A stretch of 64,000 nt of DNA from assembly GCA_964016885.1 (NCBI GenBank), contig OZ024747.1, positions 39,060,001 through 39,124,000 of the forward strand. Reading direction: 5' to 3'. The stretch comes from Eledone cirrhosa. Taxonomy: Eukaryota. Of this stretch, positions 47,488-58,894 are shown in pieces. The position numbers were made by a program, and so were the translations under genes. Below the pieces are notes generated by a model that was not told the origin of the DNA, did no database searches, and worked only from the letters and a program-made list of their open reading frames with translations. Numbering within the stretch: position 1 is the first letter of the stretch; each line of letters starts with the position of its first letter.

Positions 47488-48267
47488 GTGGAAATACTAA
47501 CAACAACAACAGCAATACCAAATGCAGCTGCAACAGAGACTCCAGTGCAAACATCACCAACAACAACAAGTGAAAGAGTGGAGTTGGTACCCCTCCCCGA
47601 CCTCACAGAATCAGACATGGAGTGTGAGGTGGGAGAGAGATGGCAAAAGGTCGTAAGAAGGCACAAACGCAGAAGCAGCGCATCGTCGCCTTTGAAAAGG
47701 GAGGAAAGAAATGAGAAAAGGGTAAAGTCTACTGCAAAGAGACCCACAGCAGCAACAACACCAACACCATCACCACCCACACTAGCACCACCATCACCAC
47801 CGCCAACAACACCTTTAACACCACCACCACAAGCACCAACATCGCAAACACAACAACAAAACACACACACCCAGCAACAACGACAAGAAAATAGTAGAAC
47901 CACACCCCACCCCCAGAAAAACAAATGCACGGCAATAAATACACACAATAAGAAACTAATGACTTACATAATTGAACACACAGACATTTCACAACAGGAC
48001 TACATAATACCAGCACCAATCAAAACGCCAACTAACATAAGACTGCTAAAAATAGCACAGAAACAATACACAAACATTAAAACGAAATTCCCCAACGCAG
48101 TTGGTGATTTCAGGGACCTAGGAGGAACCATCAATCGAAGAGTATACTCAGACATTCTCTTAGAAGAGCCGACGACCAGCCGAAGGGACGATTCAACGGA
48201 CCCTTCACCAGACGATCAAGTGAAAAGGGATGTAAAAACCATCCCTCCTCTACCAAAAGTACGGTAA
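47488..48267 (+). CDS. Tx1-like ORF1, C-terminal portion only
   Basis: Pro/Thr-rich; KTKFP..GDFR...R.Y.DIL.EE tail homologous to the ORF1 end at ~33960-34100. Confidence 0.65.
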   Translation: MEILTTTTAIPNAAATETPVQTSPTTTSERVELVPLPDLTESDMECEVGERWQKVVRRHKRRSSASSPLKREERNEKRVKSTAKRPTAATTPTPSPPTLAPPSPPPTTPLTPPPQAPTSQTQQQNTHTQQQRQENSRTTPHPQKNKCTAINTHNKKLMTYIIEHTDISQQDYIIPAPIKTPTNIRLLKIAQKQYTNIKTKFPNAVGDFRDLGGTINRRVYSDILLEEPTTSRRDDSTDPSPDDQVKRDVKTIPPLPKVR

Positions 48268-48302
48268 GTGGTCTTTCCCATCTTTTCCACTCTATTTTAA
48301 AC

Positions 48303-51300
48303 ATGACCTCACTCAGAATAGGCAGCATAAATGCGCGCGGCTTGGGGTCGTCATGGAAGCAGGGTCACCTGCTCAACGACCTCAGGTCACTAAACATAGA
48401 TGTAGTGGCCATCAGCGAGACCAGAATCTCCGAAGCACGGGCCTTCGCACCGATCTTCGGCGGCTACGATGTGTACGCATCTCCCAGCCGTCCTGGATCG
48501 GGTGGAGGAGTTGCTGTGCTTTTTCGGAGAGGTTTGGATCTCGCCATACGGGCCATCTTCCTGGACCCAGAGGGTAAGCTGGTGGTGCTGGACGTGACCA
48601 GCGGAGACGGGCAAGCTTTCAGGCTAGTGGCCGTCTATGCCCTGACAGGAGCAGGGCGGCCTGATTTCTTCCGGCGTCTGGAGACCTTTCTTGGAACGTC
48701 CCGCTCTTTAGTGTTAGTGGGCGACTGGAACGGGATCTTAGATGCACGCTGGGACTGTGTGGGATTAGCGGATAGGGGTGGAGGGTGCAAGAGCCTCACC
48801 AACCTGCTCAGGCGTTTTGAACTGTCTGACAGGTACCGATTGGATTTCCCGAATGTGCCAATGTGGACTTGGACAAACCGCATAGGGTCATCCAGATCAT
48901 ATCTAGATAGAGTATTTTGTAGGGAAATAGATAGGTCTAGCATAGGCTGTCCACAATTCAAGATAGTCAGCTACACGGACCACAAATTCGTGATCTGTGT
49001 GCTTGACTTAGATAGGCTTCATAGACGAGGACCCGGCTACTGGAAGCTAAACGCGTCCTTACCAGCGCGCAAGGCCTACAGAGACCGGATTAGCGAACTA
49101 GTTAAGCGGGCGTTGACGGGGGCCATCGTCAACAACAAGTGGTGGTTTGCTCTGAAAAGAGCGATTAGAATAGAATCGATTAGGTTTAGTAAGGCTTTAG
49201 CAATAGAGAAAAATAGAGCAGAGGGAGAACTAGTTAGAAAATTAGACGAGGCGGTTAGCAAAGGCATTGCGACCGACGTGCTTGCGGCGAAATTGGCCCT
49301 TGACCAATTCTTCAATGCAAAGCACGAAGGCTGCGTTGTCAGAGCTAGGGTGCGTGCTCTCAGACACGAGGGGACGAAAGCCGTTCAATGGGCCCGAGTG
49401 GCGGAGGCGCGTCGTGGCAACAAAGCCACGATCCGGTCTTTGGTGGACCACGACGGGCGCATGCTACTCGATCCCGGGCAAATGTGTGAAGCTTTTCAGC
49501 GACACTTCGCTCAGCTGTTCGGGGGCAGCGGGGGGCCGGGTAGAGGGATGGACTTTAGTGTCTACCTCGACGGACTGCCGCGGCTCTCGGCCACTGAGGC
49601 GAGGTGTTGCGAAAAGCCGATAACAGCCGCTGAAGTACGGGAGGCAATGACTGGCTGCACAAGGGGTAAATCGCCTGGTTTGGATGGTCTGCCCTATGAA
49701 CTTTACGTACAGATGCCAGACTTGTTCGGAGGCCTCTTGGCGGACGTCTACTGCAACTGGCAACAGAACGGGAGAATTCCCAGTTCTGTGAGCCGAGGAG
49801 CGGTGGCACTGCTGAGAAAGGATCCGAACAAGGGGGATAACATAGACAATTTCCGGCCCATAACTCTGCTAAACACAGAGTTTAAGATTTTGGCCAAGGT
49901 GCTAGCAAAGAGGTTGGGGCTTGTCGTTGGTGGTCTGGTGGGAGAGGCGCAGACATGCGCCATTCCCGACAGATCCATCCACGACAACCTCCACCTCATG
50001 CGATACATCGTAGAGAGGGTAGCTAGGGAACCTGGCACGGGTGGGTCCTTGATCAATTTAGATCAGTCGAAAGCTTTCGATAGGGTCGACCATCGTTACC
50101 TAGCGGCAGTCCTGAGGGCGGCTGGCTTTGGGCCCGTCTTCAGAGGCTGGATCGCTGCCATGCACAGCGACATCTGCTCTGTGGTGAGAGTGAACGGTCA
50201 CCTGTCGGAACCGTTCAACATCATGCGCTCGGTCCGCCAAGGATGTCCCCTCTCGTCCCTCTTGTACGTATTGACTCTCGAGCCATTACTGCACAAACTG
50301 GAGACGTTGAGGGGAGTCCCGCGCGAACTAGGATGCGGAAGATCCGTGTCAGCATATGCGGACGATGTCACCGTAGTGGTGTCGAACGCCAAACACATCG
50401 AGGCGATCGGCACTACACTAAGAGAATACGAAGCGGTGACAGGAGCAATGATCAACCAGGAAAAGTCAGTGGGCCTGCAGCTCGGCACCTGGAGAGGCAG
50501 GTCCATGCCGTCCAACAGCGTCGTCGGGCGCTGGACGGACGGACCGGTTAAATTGCTAGGGGTCTGGTTCGGTCCGGAGCTCCAGACGGACAAAAACTGG
50601 GACGAGGTGACGAGCAGGGTGGCTTCTCTCACCCAGAAATGGGCGGAGAGGAAGCTATCCCTGAAAGGTCGAGCGGAGGTGGCTAACGCGTACATCGCGT
50701 CTGTCATCTGCTACCGCCTAACCGTCGTACCTTGTCCTAAGCCTCGCCTGACTGCGCTGGAGCGTTTGCTCTTTCGCTTTTTGTGGAAGGGACGTGCTCC
50801 GATGGTCAGGCGGTCCATCTGTTGTCAACACCCGCTACGTGGAGGGCTGGGCATGCCGTGGCTGATGATGCGCAGGCACGCGCTCAGGCTACGACATCTG
50901 CACCTCTTCCTCGACGGTGATCAGGTGTGGTCGCCGTTTGCTAGACGCGTTTTTCCCCAGCTCGTTTCCTTGACGGAGCTGCAGTCCTGGGTCAAGCGAA
51001 GACCGAGAGGGAGCGCCTGGAGACTGGAATGTCTTCAGGCGCTCACAGCCCTCGACCAATCGGGCAATGTGATCGGTGGAAACTCCACCTCGGCGTTCTA
51101 TAGAGGATTAGTGGAGGGGAAGAGCGACGACGTACTTGGGGAAACTCTAGGCGTCGACGAAAATCAACTAGCCAATCTCTTCGGAAGAACTTTCGGGCCG
51201 GGGCCTATGGACAACTTCCAGAAATCTCTGGCCTTGCAGTGCTACCGAGGAGCCTTGCCAGTTCGGGATAAACTCTACAGGCATGGAGGTGCCGTCAGCC

Positions 51301-51722
51301 GGGCATGTCCGAGATGCGCGCAGGGCGACGAAACCGTCCTGCACGCACTCGTCCAGTGTCCGAAAATTGCTGACTTGTGGGTTTATGTCGAACACCTGCT
51401 GTCGCGTTTAGGACGGATCCAGCTATCATCTGAGTCTATCGTGAGGATTGCCCCGCCCTCCTCCTTTAGCCGGGAAGGGCAGGCAGTTTTTATCTGTCTG
51501 GTGGCCATGGCGAAAGAGATAGTATGGTGGACACGTTTGAAAGGGCTGAAGACGAGCACTTACCTCTTCGGTGATGCTCTGATTGACTTTTTCAAATTTC
51601 ATTTGAAAAGGAAAATCAGAGTAGAGAAGGAAGTGCTCTCTTCCCAGCATTTTGTTGAAAGATGGGTGAGAGAAGCAAGAATGGCCCGAGTGAATGGGCC
51701 GACTCTGAGTATATATCTGTAA
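48303..51722 (+). CDS. L1/Tx1-like ORF2: APE endonuclease + reverse transcriptase + zinc finger, intact
   Basis: NARG, SET, GDWN, LDR, TDH (APE); KSPGLDG, NFRPI, DQSKAFD, QGCPLS, YADD (RT); CPRC...HALVQC. Confidence 0.95.
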   Translation: MTSLRIGSINARGLGSSWKQGHLLNDLRSLNIDVVAISETRISEARAFAPIFGGYDVYASPSRPGSGGGVAVLFRRGLDLAIRAIFLDPEGKLVVLDVTSGDGQAFRLVAVYALTGAGRPDFFRRLETFLGTSRSLVLVGDWNGILDARWDCVGLADRGGGCKSLTNLLRRFELSDRYRLDFPNVPMWTWTNRIGSSRSYLDRVFCREIDRSSIGCPQFKIVSYTDHKFVICVLDLDRLHRRGPGYWKLNASLPARKAYRDRISELVKRALTGAIVNNKWWFALKRAIRIESIRFSKALAIEKNRAEGELVRKLDEAVSKGIATDVLAAKLALDQFFNAKHEGCVVRARVRALRHEGTKAVQWARVAEARRGNKATIRSLVDHDGRMLLDPGQMCEAFQRHFAQLFGGSGGPGRGMDFSVYLDGLPRLSATEARCCEKPITAAEVREAMTGCTRGKSPGLDGLPYELYVQMPDLFGGLLADVYCNWQQNGRIPSSVSRGAVALLRKDPNKGDNIDNFRPITLLNTEFKILAKVLAKRLGLVVGGLVGEAQTCAIPDRSIHDNLHLMRYIVERVAREPGTGGSLINLDQSKAFDRVDHRYLAAVLRAAGFGPVFRGWIAAMHSDICSVVRVNGHLSEPFNIMRSVRQGCPLSSLLYVLTLEPLLHKLETLRGVPRELGCGRSVSAYADDVTVVVSNAKHIEAIGTTLREYEAVTGAMINQEKSVGLQLGTWRGRSMPSNSVVGRWTDGPVKLLGVWFGPELQTDKNWDEVTSRVASLTQKWAERKLSLKGRAEVANAYIASVICYRLTVVPCPKPRLTALERLLFRFLWKGRAPMVRRSICCQHPLRGGLGMPWLMMRRHALRLRHLHLFLDGDQVWSPFARRVFPQLVSLTELQSWVKRRPRGSAWRLECLQALTALDQSGNVIGGNSTSAFYRGLVEGKSDDVLGETLGVDENQLANLFGRTFGPGPMDNFQKSLALQCYRGALPVRDKLYRHGGAVSRACPRCAQGDETVLHALVQCPKIADLWVYVEHLLSRLGRIQLSSESIVRIAPPSSFSREGQAVFICLVAMAKEIVWWTRLKGLKTSTYLFGDALIDFFKFHLKRKIRVEKEVLSSQHFVERWVREARMARVNGPTLSIYL

Positions 51723-51992
51723 ACTAAAGGTGGAAAACTGGGAGAGGGCACTTGCCTTGGTGGTCAGGGTCATTGTGGCTTTTTACTGGGCTTTCTCCAC
51801 AAATGTCCCTCCGAAGTCTCCCCCCTATTGGGGAATTTTTCATTGTTATTTTCATTGTTATTTTTTTACATCCTCTGTTTTTGTTTTTTTTTTACACGCA
51901 GAAATGCCCATTTGTACCGTCCTGCATTGTCCTGCACTGTCCTTAATGTCTACTTTATGTAAACCCTTGTGGTTAATAAAGAAATCATTATT

Positions 51993-52059
<67 letters not shown>

Positions 52060-52060
<1 letters not shown>

Positions 52061-52530
52061 CCTCCCTTCATCCTCCTCTAGGGAAGAGTCCTTTTACCCT
52101 GCTTTCAGTGGGTGTTTCCAGATGCTGCCCTCTTCAATTGTTCCGGCTCGATCCGAAAGCGTGACAGACAAGTTGAGTTCATGGATGTTATCCAACAATC
52201 TGGATCTTGATCTACCCCTTGGTCTCCTTTCGGCTGGTTTCGCCTGTAAAATCTGTCTAGTGCATCTTCGCTGAGCCATTCTAACCACATGCCCATTATA
52301 TCGTGCTGTGATCTCTCAATTTGTCGAAGTAGTGTCTTTGCCTGGAAACTCTCTCTGACCTCCGATTTCCGCATTCCATCGAGAGACATTACTTAAAAGT
52401 GCCTTCGGAGGAACCCCGTTTCGGTCGCTTGTATACATAATCGTATACTTTAGATCATAACCCAGGATTCATGACCATAATTGAGAGTTGGTAAGAATAC
52501 CGAATTGAAGATAGCGATTTGGCTTAATGG
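52060..52530 (-). mobile_element. RTE-clade LINE 3' remnant
   Basis: YGHESW (~52470), LLRQIERSQ, RRPRGRSRSRLLD; 3' end abuts (AAT)n. Confidence 0.7.
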
Positions 52531-53951
52531 TTAATTTTATTAAATGCGATTGAGAAAGAGTATATAAATGTATAAGTCTTTTCATGTAACTGAGTGACGT
52601 TAGAAAGGGAAAATGAAAGCGGTTTTAAGTAGAAATGTTTATTGTTATGGAAGAGTGTGAAGCACTACTAAGAAAAGTGTAGTGATTTGAGAAGATTGTA
52701 GAAGCGCATTTGTAAGATTTCTGACAGATTATCAGCGGAATAAATAGAAATAGAGATGGATTGAGTGTAATATTTAGAAATTGAGATTTGAATATGTAGA
52801 AGGATTGATAGGGTAAGGAGAAAATCTGCTTTTTCCTTCTATTAAAAATAACATTTAATCTAATATATTTAAAATGCGTTCAAGTTTTAAGATAATAATA
52901 AAAAATAAATATAAAGTCGTTTGCAGTAGCTCTTAATGCCCTGCAAAAACCATTTGTACTGTACTTCGCTATCAACAAAGAAAGAAAGAAGATTCGAATA
53001 GGAGAGTGAGTGATGTACTTATCCGAGTTTGCAGAGTGCAAAAAAAAAAAAAAAATAGAGATTCACGTATACATAGAATACAAGAGAGCAAAGGAAAGTT
53101 TAGAAATCAGATTTTGAGGAGGAGAGTCAGATATTAACAGTGCAAGGAAACAACTGGTCGATATTTAAACAAATCAATATATAGAATATAATGAAACAAA
53201 ATATAGAAAAATGTACCGACATTTCACTAGAAAAATCCGAATTCTTTTCCCGATTTTAAGAAAGTGGTGAAAAAAAAATTGGTTTTAGGTAAGTTATATA
53301 AATCAAAAGGATAGAAGAATGAAATGGTTGACAAATTCCTCTGCTGTATTGTGAAGAAATAATTCTATGTCGATGTATGTGTGGAGAGAGAGAATAATCG
53401 ATATATTTGTAAGGGTTTGTATAAAGAGGTCGACAGACACCAGTTAGAAAGGTCAGCCTGTGTGCGTGTGGAAATAGTGAAAATGATTGCATGCTATTGG
53501 AGATAGATGTCAAATTACACAAATGACAAAGTTCAGATTCAGTACGTGTGGGAATGTTGAAAGTAATTCTATATCTGACGATGGACAGTGTTAAGTGGCT
53601 GGGGGTAGGTGATGTTTAGTGATTTATGATGAAATTATGCAGAGAATAATGTGTAAAGGGAAAAAGCTTGAGGGATGAGATGGTGAGAGATATGTGGTCA
53701 GGATGGAGTGACCGGACAGAATAATTATATATATGTTATATGTGTGAAAGAGAGAGAGAGAGAGAGTGAATATTTTATCAAAGTAAGGTTTATACATACC
53801 GAGATCATATTGTTGTCGAATCTTACTTTACGATGTATCACTGAAACGTGAAAATAATGTTTTGGTTATAAAACCTGGATAAAAAAGAAATTTAAATGAA
53901 AAGACAAGCGCGCAATCATCATAGAGAAATAGAAGGAAGAAATAAAAGAAC

Positions 53952-53984
<33 letters not shown>

Positions 53985-55479
53985 GTTTTTTTTTGTTTTT
54001 TTTTTTCTGTGCAACGATTAATGTGATATAATTTTGCTTCGTGGAGAATGATTATTGCTATGAGCATGAGGTAAGAAATCGAATACGACAGGAAAACATT
54101 TGTCATTCAACTGACTAAATGAATATAGATTTTGATAAACACAAACATCGTTTTTTTTTCTCAGGGGCGCATGTCAATCAAGCAGAGAATACGGTATAGT
54201 TATTAGACATATTTATTAGAAAATATACTCCATTTGTATGTGGAGAAGGATGGGAAGAAAATAAACAAAGTGAGGGACAAACAAGAGAGAAGAATGCATA
54301 AGAATGGCAAACAGGTCAATAAGTTCCCGTTTATTTTTTGCTAAATAGTATCGGAAGGGAAAATATCAATTGAATGAAGGCAATGTGAAAATAGAAAGAG
54401 AATAAATGTGAATCAAGTGAGACATATTAGCCGCAAATAGAAAATATGCCATCATTGCTAAATAGATAAAAATGAAATAAAATCACATAAAACTGAGCTT
54501 CAAAGGCCTATGGTATTCTATAGACAAACCTGAATCTAATAGCGAGCTCAGTACCCTGCTAAGCAAATTCGAAAAATACTTAGCTATGAGGAAAGAGAGA
54601 AAGTAAATATTGAAGGCGAGATTATGATGTATAAATATAGAAAAAAATGCATAGCAGTATAAACAAAACAGAAAAGACGACACTGAAAAGTAGAGAAATG
54701 TAAATACGTGTGTGACATATATAGAATATACAGGAAATCAGGTGATTGGTGACAATGTAAAATACAATATAATAGAATTAAATAGTAAAAATAAGCACAC
54801 GGTTCCGTAGACAAATACGTATTCTTCTACCAATATAGTAAAAAAAAATCTGTGAGACGGAAATGTTGTTTACTGATTGTTTCGCTTCTCTTGCGAATTC
54901 TAATATGAATAACGCGAGAAGAAATCACAAGAAACATACTCTAACGCGCAAAGACGTACACACACGCACACATACGCTGTATTCAAACGTAAGCAATCCA
55001 CATCGTGTGTACCATAAGGTATTTGCTATATAGTATCAGACTTAGAATCAATATTAAGGACAGAAATAAGCATGTCTGAAACCTAAATCTCTTCGAAGGT
55101 AAGCATAACAAACATAGCGACAAAACATTGTTTACATTTAATCATCTGGCTGACGAATATGGCTCGGATAACCCCTACATAGTGACATTTGAATGCCTTT
55201 GAAATGTGAATAATATGGCGTGTCATAAACTGAGGTTAAATATATGATACCGACTCCCTTTCGTTATATATATATATATATATATATATAGGGGATAAAA
55301 AGCTATCGTTATGGGTAATCCAATTAGAGGTTGTGAATACTTCGTATTGTGGATAGTTTTAGCGTACGGCGTTGTTTGACTCAACAAGAGGTTTCTTTAG
55401 GTAGCGAGTATATGAGTTCTTAGGTGTTCCTATCCTATATAAGTTAATCTTGGAGTAATAATATTGAAAGAGTGAAGAA

Positions 55480-55666
55480 TAAGTTGTCTTAAAATTGCTA
55501 ATCATTTGAAGTTGCGTCACTCAATTTTAATACGATGTATGCTTAACTAAATCATCAGAAAAAACTGTTTAAGACAGAGTTTGCAAATTCAAATTACAAC
55601 ATCATTAATAGGGAGAGAAAAAGAAAAGAAGAAAAAAGAAAAAGATAGAGAGATAAAAGAGTACGA

Positions 55667-55714
<48 letters not shown>

Positions 55715-56985
55715 AAAAAAAAAGAAGAATAAAGAAAAAAAGAAGAAGAAAGAAAAATTGAATCTTAATAAATAAGTTATAACGAAGATTTAATTAAAAA
55801 AATGTTATATGTGTGCGAAGAAAATGAACATTATATGATTGTTGATTGTCGAAAGTATTTGTGGTGTTGGCGGTTAAAATATAAAGATATGATGGTATAA
55901 ACATGGAAATATTAAATATAATCATATATGTATTATTTAAATTAATACATTAATTAATTGGAAGTTATATTAGAAGTGAAGATAATACGATAGGTTATAA
56001 TGTAAGAGATGAAATATATTTAGGGAAAGAAATTGAAAGATAGAAAATGAAATAGAAAAAATATAATAGGTTATGATGTTGAATCATTGACAGTTAATAA
56101 CAATAATAACAACAATGATGATAATGGGTTATTATAACAGACTCGGGTGGTATAATTTGAATTTTTGAATTGTTGAGTCGAATCAAGTTGGTTTGAAATT
56201 ATCGAATTTATTCGCTGTTTTATGTGTACAGAAAATTGACAGCTCAATTTTGCTGTTAAGCAGGATACAGTCATATTTTAAAATATGGAATAATTCCATA
56301 TTACAAAGTCTACAGTGGGACATACCAATCTGTAAGCCATTGCCCCTGACAATTTAGACCAGTTAATCCTGTATTCTTGGGCTGCCAGATTTTATTGGCG
56401 AGCGTAACTGTATTCATTTGTTTACGATTTTTTGAACCAACATCATAAACTATTATATTTTCTCTCTTTCATTTTCTATCTTTAAATTTCTTTCCCTAAA
56501 TATATTTCATCTCTTACATTATAATTTATCGTATTATCTTCACTTCTAATATAACTTCCAGTTAATTAATGTATTAATTTAATACTTTCATGTTTATACC
56601 ATCATATCTTTATATTTTAGCCACCGACACCACACATATTTTCAACAATCAACAATCATATAATGTTCATTTTCTTCGCAGAAATATAACATTTTTTTTA
56701 TTTATTTTTATCATCTTCGTTATAACTTATTTATTAGTATTCATTTTTTCTTTCTTCTTCTTTTTTTCTTCTTTCTTTCTTTCGATCTTTCTTTTTTCTT
56801 TCTCTCTAACTTTTTCATTTTTCTTCTTTTTCTTTTTATTTCTTTATTAATGATGTTGTAATTTGAATTTGCAAAAGCTCTGTATAATTTGAAACAGTTT
56901 TTCTGATGATTTGGTTAAGCATACGTCGTATTTAAAATTGAGTGACACAACTTTAAGTGATTGGCAAATTTAAGACAACTTAACC
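55480..56985 (-). mobile_element. PLE remnant: GIY-YIG C-terminus flanked by inverted pLTRs
   Basis: Minus strand ~56330-56210 reads CRLCNMELFHILKY...CTHK; ~55480-56075 is inverted at ~56445-56982. Confidence 0.75.
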
Positions 56986-57281
56986 AATGAAACAATTGTT
57001 AATCCTGTAAATAAAACCCTTTTTGTACTGTTTTATGTGGGAACAAATATACTGTTCCGAGCTGTAACAGTTGCATTACCGTGTCCTAAATAATCCGAGG
57101 CAATATATAGATGTGTGTATATAGAAATCATTCGATGTTTCCGAAAGATTAGAACGATCTTATGTCTAGGACTAACGGATATATAAACATATAGTATATA
57201 TTATTCCGTAACTCCTGATGGAGTCATAGGGGCGTTTTTCACATCGTTACTCATCTGCCCTCTTTCTCTCTCTCATCCCCC

Positions 57282-57392
<111 letters not shown>

Positions 57393-57444
57393 GTTTGAAC
57401 ACAAATAAATACAATTTCTGGAGTCAGTTCCATTACATCATATA

Positions 57445-57496
<52 letters not shown>

Positions 57497-57764
57497 GTAT
57501 AGAGATTGTTTTAGCAAGAAGCTAACGGCATTCTATAACATATATGCGACTATAACGTCAAGATGGGAAAAGTAGTTAACGAAAGATTTAGGAAAAATAA
57601 CTCAAACTCATCTCAAAAGAGAATCAGGATATAAATTCATCCACAGAATTTAGTAAAATCCAGGGAAAAATCTATAGACCTTTAACTCATGATAAAATAA
57701 AGTTTGAAACACTTATCCTTCAATTTGGAATAACATCAACTGCTCTGTATAGTCTTAAAATACT

Positions 57765-57796
57765 TTTATTGTACTACAATAAAACTCACCTCCTAC

Positions 57797-57844
<48 letters not shown>

Positions 57845-57876
57845 GTAGGAGGTGAGTTTTATTGTAGTACAATAAA
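57765..57876. repeat. Perfect 36-bp inverted repeat around (TA)n
   Basis: tttattgtactacaataaaactcacctcctacatta-(TA)n-exact reverse complement. Confidence 0.9.
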
Positions 57877-57972
57877 GCAATGCAGATATCGGATAATAAG
57901 CACTCTACAGTTTGTAGGACTGGAGTATACATAATATATAAGAACAAAAGATGGTTAAAAGAGTTCCATGTA

Positions 57973-58038
57973 TTTTATTATGCGCATTTCAAAACAAATA
58001 TCATCATGCAATAATATTTGTGTTTTCATCAGATAAAA
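57973..58038 (-). ncRNA. Type I hammerhead ribozyme (left arm)
   Basis: Same motif as 20796-20862. Confidence 0.72.
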
Positions 58039-58753
58039 CATGAAGACATGATATGAAGGTTAAAAAACACTTGTGGATAGTTCAGTTTTAAATCAACATA
58101 TGAGAAGTAGTTTTAGATTGATGTGTGATATTGGGAAAAAATATTTTATTTAGAGGGGGGTGGGGTGGAAAGGATGAAAAAGAGGAGGAGATGAGAGTAA
58201 AAAGTGGAGAGGGAGGTGTATAATGAGGAAGGATGAGATAGGAGGAGAGATAGCTTTTATAACTGAGAAAGATATATTGTTTTACATAGAGAGGTTGAAA
58301 ACCGTTGGAAGATAATGAATAAATTAAAAGAATTTGAAAATTAACGAAGAGAAATATAATGTAAAGTTAAGGTTTGTATATTGAGGAGTTTGATAATATG
58401 TGCGATGAAAAAAGATATACAAACCTTAACTTTACATTATTTTTCTCTTCGTTAATTTTCAAATTCTTTTAACTTATTCATTATCTTCCAACGGTTTTCA
58501 ACCTCTCTATGTAAAACAATATATCTTTCTCAGTTATAAAAGCTATCTCTCTCTCTCTCTATCACCCATCTCTCCTCCTATCTCATCCTTCCTCATTATA
58601 CTCCTCCTCTTGTTCATCCTTTCCAAGCCCCTGCCCCTCTAAATAAAATATGTTTTCCCAATATCACACGTCAATCTAAAACTACTTCTCATATGTTGAT
58701 TTAAAACTGAACTATCCACAAGTGTTTTTTAACCTTCATATCATGTCTTCATG

Positions 58754-58820
58754 TTTTATCTGATGAAAACACAAATATTATTGCATGATGATATTTGTTT
58801 TTGAAATGCGCATAATAAAA
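58754..58820 (+). ncRNA. Type I hammerhead ribozyme (right arm)
   Basis: TTTTAT CTGATGA AAACACAAATATTAT-TGCATG-ATGATATTTGTTTTT GAAA TGCGC ATA ATAAAA. Confidence 0.75.
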
Positions 58821-58850
58821 TACATGGAACTCTTTTAACCATCTTTTGTT

Positions 58851-58888
<38 letters not shown>

Positions 58889-58894
<6 letters not shown>

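Larger units (their letters stand above)
47470..51990 (+). mobile_element. Young 5'-truncated L1/Tx1-like LINE
   Basis: ORF1 3' part, 35-bp spacer, intact ORF2, 3' UTR with AATAAA then (ATT)n. Confidence 0.92.
57936..58860. mobile_element. Foldback of two inverted PLE pLTRs (family of 20758-22290)
   Basis: Arms ~57936-58381 and ~58415-58860, both closely similar to the tail at 20758-21620; no coding sequence. Confidence 0.88.
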
